64,000 nucleotides of DNA from Cyanobacteriota bacterium (GTDB lineage: Bacteria > Cyanobacteriota > Cyanobacteriia > Thermostichales > Thermostichaceae). This document shows, one piece after another, positions 61,501 through 64,000 of this stretch (position 1 is the first letter of the stretch; every line of letters begins with the position of its first letter). Where the stretch lies: assembly GCA_033764955.1 (NCBI GenBank), contig JANRIL010000032.1, positions 1-64,000 of the forward strand, read 5' to 3'. Below the pieces are notes generated by a model, which saw only the letters and a list, made by a program, of their open reading frames with translations, had not been told where the DNA came from and searched no databases. The translations under genes were made by a program, and so were the position numbers.

Positions 61501-62664
61501 GAGGTCAAGGATGATGGGCGGGGCATCGACACTCAAAAGGTTTTGCAAAAAGCGATCCGCCTCAACCTGATTACTCCTGCCCAGGCTGACGAGATGAAGC
61601 AGGAAGCCATTTATGACCTGCTGTTTACGCCGGGATTTTCTACGGCGTCCCAAGTCAGCGAGATTTCGGGGCGAGGGGTGGGGCTAGATGTTGTGCGACT
61701 GCACGTGCAATCCTTGAAAGGCTCGATTCAGATTGACTCTCAGCCGGCAGTGGGAACCACCTTTACCCTCCGACTTCCCCTCACCCTGACAATTGCTAAA
61801 CTGCTGATTTTGGGCACAGCCACCAGTCTGATGGCGATCCCTCTGGATGTGTTGGTGGCCATCCTCACCCCCTCCCCCGCCCAGATTCGCTCAACCCCCG
61901 ATCAGCCCCCGCAACTGCTTTGGCAGAATCAGACAATCCCTATCTATGACATCAACCAACTCTTGCCCTATCACTATCCCAGCCTCAGATATGAGCGGGA
62001 TCCCATCTCTCCCCTGTCTTTGCCCAGCGCCGATCAACCGCCCCTTCTGCTGATTGGCAAGGGATCCCAAATGATCGCCCTGCAAGTGGATCACCTGCTG
62101 CGGGAGCAAGAACTGGTTATCAAACCCCTCAGTCCCTTACTCACCCCCCCTGCCTATATTTTTGGCTGCACCACCTTAGGGGATGGACGGCTAGTTCCGG
62201 TTATGGATGGAGCGGCGTTAGTCGAGTTTTGCCTAGGATCCCCGCTGCCCGCAGTTGTACTGAGTCAACCCCTACCCAGCCCCATCAATATTCCGACGGT
62301 TTTGGTGACGGATGACTCTCCCACGATGCGGCAAACCCTCACCGCCAGCCTACAAAAAGTTGGGTATCGCGTCCTGCAAGCGCGGGATGGACAGGAAGCC
62401 CTCGACCGCCTAGAACAGGATCCCTCCATTCAAGCGGTGATCTGTGATGTTGAAATGCCCCTTATGAATGGATTTGAATTTCTCAGCCTGCAACGGCGCA
62501 AGCGGCACGATCGCCATCTGCCGATTATTATGCTGACCTCCCGCAGTAGCCCCAAACACCGTCAACTGGCGCAGCAGCTAGGAGCCTCCGCCTATTTAAC
62601 CAAACCTTTCTTAGAACAAGAGCTGCGTTCGACCCTAGCGGCCTGTTTATCCCCAATGAGCTGA
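58543..62664 (+). CDS. cheA: CheA-like hybrid histidine kinase (two Hpt, HATPase, CheW, REC)
   Basis: MRAAHSIKGG twice, HLVRNAFDHGIE, DDGRGID, GFST..SGRGVGLDVV, C-terminal receiver. Confidence 0.93.
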   Translation: MGLEADLLDHAYQLFCQEALSHLRGLEAELLQLRQAAPVSRIHSLMRAAHSIKGGSLSLGWQGIAQLAHHLEDSFRALYAASGEIDGVLEELLLQAYDALRIPLVKQIESGAIHPLPIPCETEDIFSALRARLEGAPASALASSAELGVDITEAILSSDVESSLQRLAYLLDNPDGQEVRGEIRVQAEVFMGMGEMLHLPGFVEIAQTTRQALATHPDNYLVIGKLSLADFRAAQAAILAGDRQRGGDPSRGLRRLTQPLSPTQQQLLQQAGHLLGSQPEDLQDLATVLEEVSLLDAPMREAGEGDPAEDPPPQPSSFALLESLFSPDLHPDHPDHRDPLPPPALDSTLSGDFASLDQLWSQALTHNPELGIPPDPLPLPGMSEEFAHLQAIFQTPLPPGHADPSEASQLISPTTDSPPDLSQAVAHLEDLWGSIASPEPLPPPTPAPPLQDPVTYQIFRQETQELLQVLEEGLLNLRQDPQPSQIHNLMRAAHSIKGGSALMGLTEIKTIAHQLENVFQRLYPSQGLWDSELEDLLLKAYDCLRIPLISQLETGSYDGESSLTQAAEVFAQLQLRLGYTLDGEAAPPSAAELGVNVTQVIFGQDVAATLAQWQSALADPHTAASELTSQLKEGLEVFLAIAEMLSLPQFAALAQTCQTALATHPQQVFPIAHLALAQFQIAQAAILQGDLTESTLAISPELLAFCPSNYHPAGLSPSPDPLPSLPPSPSLPPLPSVPQVNQPSLTTAIRVDLSRLERINNQIGELVTHETSLFLQQDYLQQTVHHLQQRLTRFAELSQQVQETMDHLIWHGSQSTPSPRGSVLPQPPEAFSDFDSLQMDSYSQVHSLMQVVLEEMSQVEESLHDLGHFSQQSQHTLKKHRQTLRQVRDDLLWARMLPLADLLQRFPRMIRDLAAQQGKQVNFVVEGGETLVDKGMLEKLYDPLVHLVRNAFDHGIEPSETRQAQGKSPTGLIRIAAYHRGNQTLIEVKDDGRGIDTQKVLQKAIRLNLITPAQADEMKQEAIYDLLFTPGFSTASQVSEISGRGVGLDVVRLHVQSLKGSIQIDSQPAVGTTFTLRLPLTLTIAKLLILGTATSLMAIPLDVLVAILTPSPAQIRSTPDQPPQLLWQNQTIPIYDINQLLPYHYPSLRYERDPISPLSLPSADQPPLLLIGKGSQMIALQVDHLLREQELVIKPLSPLLTPPAYIFGCTTLGDGRLVPVMDGAALVEFCLGSPLPAVVLSQPLPSPINIPTVLVTDDSPTMRQTLTASLQKVGYRVLQARDGQEALDRLEQDPSIQAVICDVEMPLMNGFEFLSLQRRKRHDRHLPIIMLTSRSSPKHRQLAQQLGASAYLTKPFLEQELRSTLAACLSPMS

Positions 62665-62702
62665 ATGGGAGCCGCTCGGCTGGGTCTCCAGAAGAAGGCG
62701 CA

Positions 62703-64000
62703 TCAACGCCCATTCATCCACCAAAGGTTGGCACAGGAGTCTCCACTGCCACTGGCAAAGACATAACCATAGGCGCGTGGAGAAATCGGGGAAGCAATCC
62801 GACAGGGATTAAAGGCCACCGACCAAACCCCAAACTTATGCTGAGTCAGGTTAGTCCGCAGTTGACCGGAGGCAATATCCCAAACCTTGATGGTAGTATC
62901 GCCGCTGCCGCTGACCAGGGTTAATCCATCGGGGCTAAAGGCTAAGGCACGAATCCGCGAGGTATGTCCGCTAAAGGTGTGCACTGCTTGTCCGGTCACA
63001 ACATCCCACAGGCGAATTTGTTTGCCCTCATGACCACTGGCTAAAACGGTTTTGCTGGTTTCTGCCCGACCCGGCAAGGGCGTCACCCGCAGTGGGCTAA
63101 AGGCCACTGACCAGACCCCCGACTGATCCTTGAAGGTACGCAATAGGGATCCCGTAATCAAATTCCAAACTTTGATAGTGCCATCGCCACTGCCGCTGGC
63201 TAGGAGTAGGCTAGAGAGTCCATCGGAATTAAAGGAGAGGGAATTGACCACGGAGGTATGCCCTTCTAAGGCAAAAATGGCCTCCAAACTGCTCAGATCC
63301 CAGACTTTTACCACCCGATCATCCCCGCTGCTGGCTAACAAATAACGACTGCGGCGAGCCTGGTCTTTTTGCAGGTAGATATTTTGGAGGGGGCTAAAGG
63401 TGAGGGTTTTGACCTGAGATTGATGTCCGCTTAGGGTATGTAGAAGTTTATAGGTTGTGACATCCCAAAGTTTGATGGTGGTGTCTTCGCTGGCGGTTGC
63501 CAAGAGCCGTCCATCGGGACTAAAGGCAAGGCTATTCACCTTACCGGCATGACCTGTCAGGGTGGCGACAACCTTTCCCGTCGTCATCTGGCGGAGGGTA
63601 ACCGTGGCATCTTCACTGCCTGTTGCCAACAACTCCCCATCAGGGCTGAAGGCGACCGCGAGCACCCAGCCGGAGTGATTGACAAAACTTTTGATGAGCG
63701 GTGAGGCTTTCCCATCCAAAAAAGCCGAGGCCGCAAAGGCAAGACTTTTGAACTGTTGATGCCAGAACATCTTTTTGGGGGTGCTTTGGGCTTCTGCTAA
63801 GGGAACACGAGGCAATCCCAGGGGAAAAGGCAAAGCGGTTACGGGCTGGGATCCCTCGGTTTCAGAGGGATCCCTTTGCCGGATCGGCTGACTGGAGGGA
63901 GTTAAAGGATCGGCAGCAGGTAAGGGGGGCAGGACAACATCGGTTTTGGAAATGACCGGCGGGTAGTCAGCAGTCAAAATTTCTGGCACCTGACCGACTA
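62703..64000 (-). CDS. WD40-repeat protein, 5' end beyond the window edge
   Basis: About seven GH...V..LAFSPDG..LASGS.D.TIK.WD repeats preceded by a Pro-rich linker; frame stays open from 63989 to the edge. Confidence 0.88.
   Translation of the reverse strand, partial: VGQVPEILTADYPPVISKTDVVLPPLPAADPLTPSSQPIRQRDPSETEGSQPVTALPFPLGLPRVPLAEAQSTPKKMFWHQQFKSLAFAASAFLDGKASPLIKSFVNHSGWVLAVAFSPDGELLATGSEDATVTLRQMTTGKVVATLTGHAGKVNSLAFSPDGRLLATASEDTTIKLWDVTTYKLLHTLSGHQSQVKTLTFSPLQNIYLQKDQARRSRYLLASSGDDRVVKVWDLSSLEAIFALEGHTSVVNSLSFNSDGLSSLLLASGSGDGTIKVWNLITGSLLRTFKDQSGVWSVAFSPLRVTPLPGRAETSKTVLASGHEGKQIRLWDVVTGQAVHTFSGHTSRIRALAFSPDGLTLVSGSGDTTIKVWDIASGQLRTNLTQHKFGVWSVAFNPCRIASPISPRAYGYVFASGSGDSCANLWWMNGR

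Larger units (their letters stand above)
1..64000. repeat. Dispersed highly iterated palindrome GGGATCCC (HIP variant)
   Basis: Very frequent in coding and intergenic DNA (e.g. 719-726, 1697-1704, 2690-2697); not counted exhaustively. Confidence 0.85.

Noticed and set aside
1..64000. CRISPR array, tRNA/rRNA genes, prophage or integrase; numerous short overlapping ORFs
   Set aside because: No regularly spaced repeats, RNA gene signatures or phage/integrase motifs were seen. The short ORFs are alternate-frame or antisense shadows of confident genes.

Overview
Cyanobacterial chromosomal segment (psaF-psaJ-psaL, petH, prk, trxC, rpsN). Very frequent GGGATCCC/GGATCC palindromes instead of canonical HIP1 (GCGATCGC) suggest the Thermostichus / hot-spring Synechococcus OS-A/B' lineage; this assignment is inference. 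Housekeeping genes (znuA/znuC under a Zur box, rnd, ybeY-dgkA, prmA-rsmE, trpB, folD, rodA, rlmN, tsaD) surround an AT-richer accessory region at about 23.8-42.1 kb. That region holds a signalling cluster (hybrid kinase, REC-GGDEF, Cache-SpoIIE) and a type IV pilin locus. The pilin locus has two pilins, two divergent GT41/OGT-like glycosyltransferases (one fused to an FkbM methyltransferase), a SAM methyltransferase, a GT-B/methyltransferase fusion, and an unannotated C-terminal remnant of a third GT41 gene. This looks like a swappable pilin glycosylation/methylation cassette and is the most interesting system here. The region ends abruptly at recX, which shares a start-codon palindrome with a 5'-truncated cobN. 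Also present are a FixC-FixX/ETF-QO-like fusion, a PatA-CheY-CheW-MCP-CheA operon, psaJ (missing from the ORF track) and a probable IS200/IS605 left end at the window edge. All product calls come from motif recognition, not database searches.
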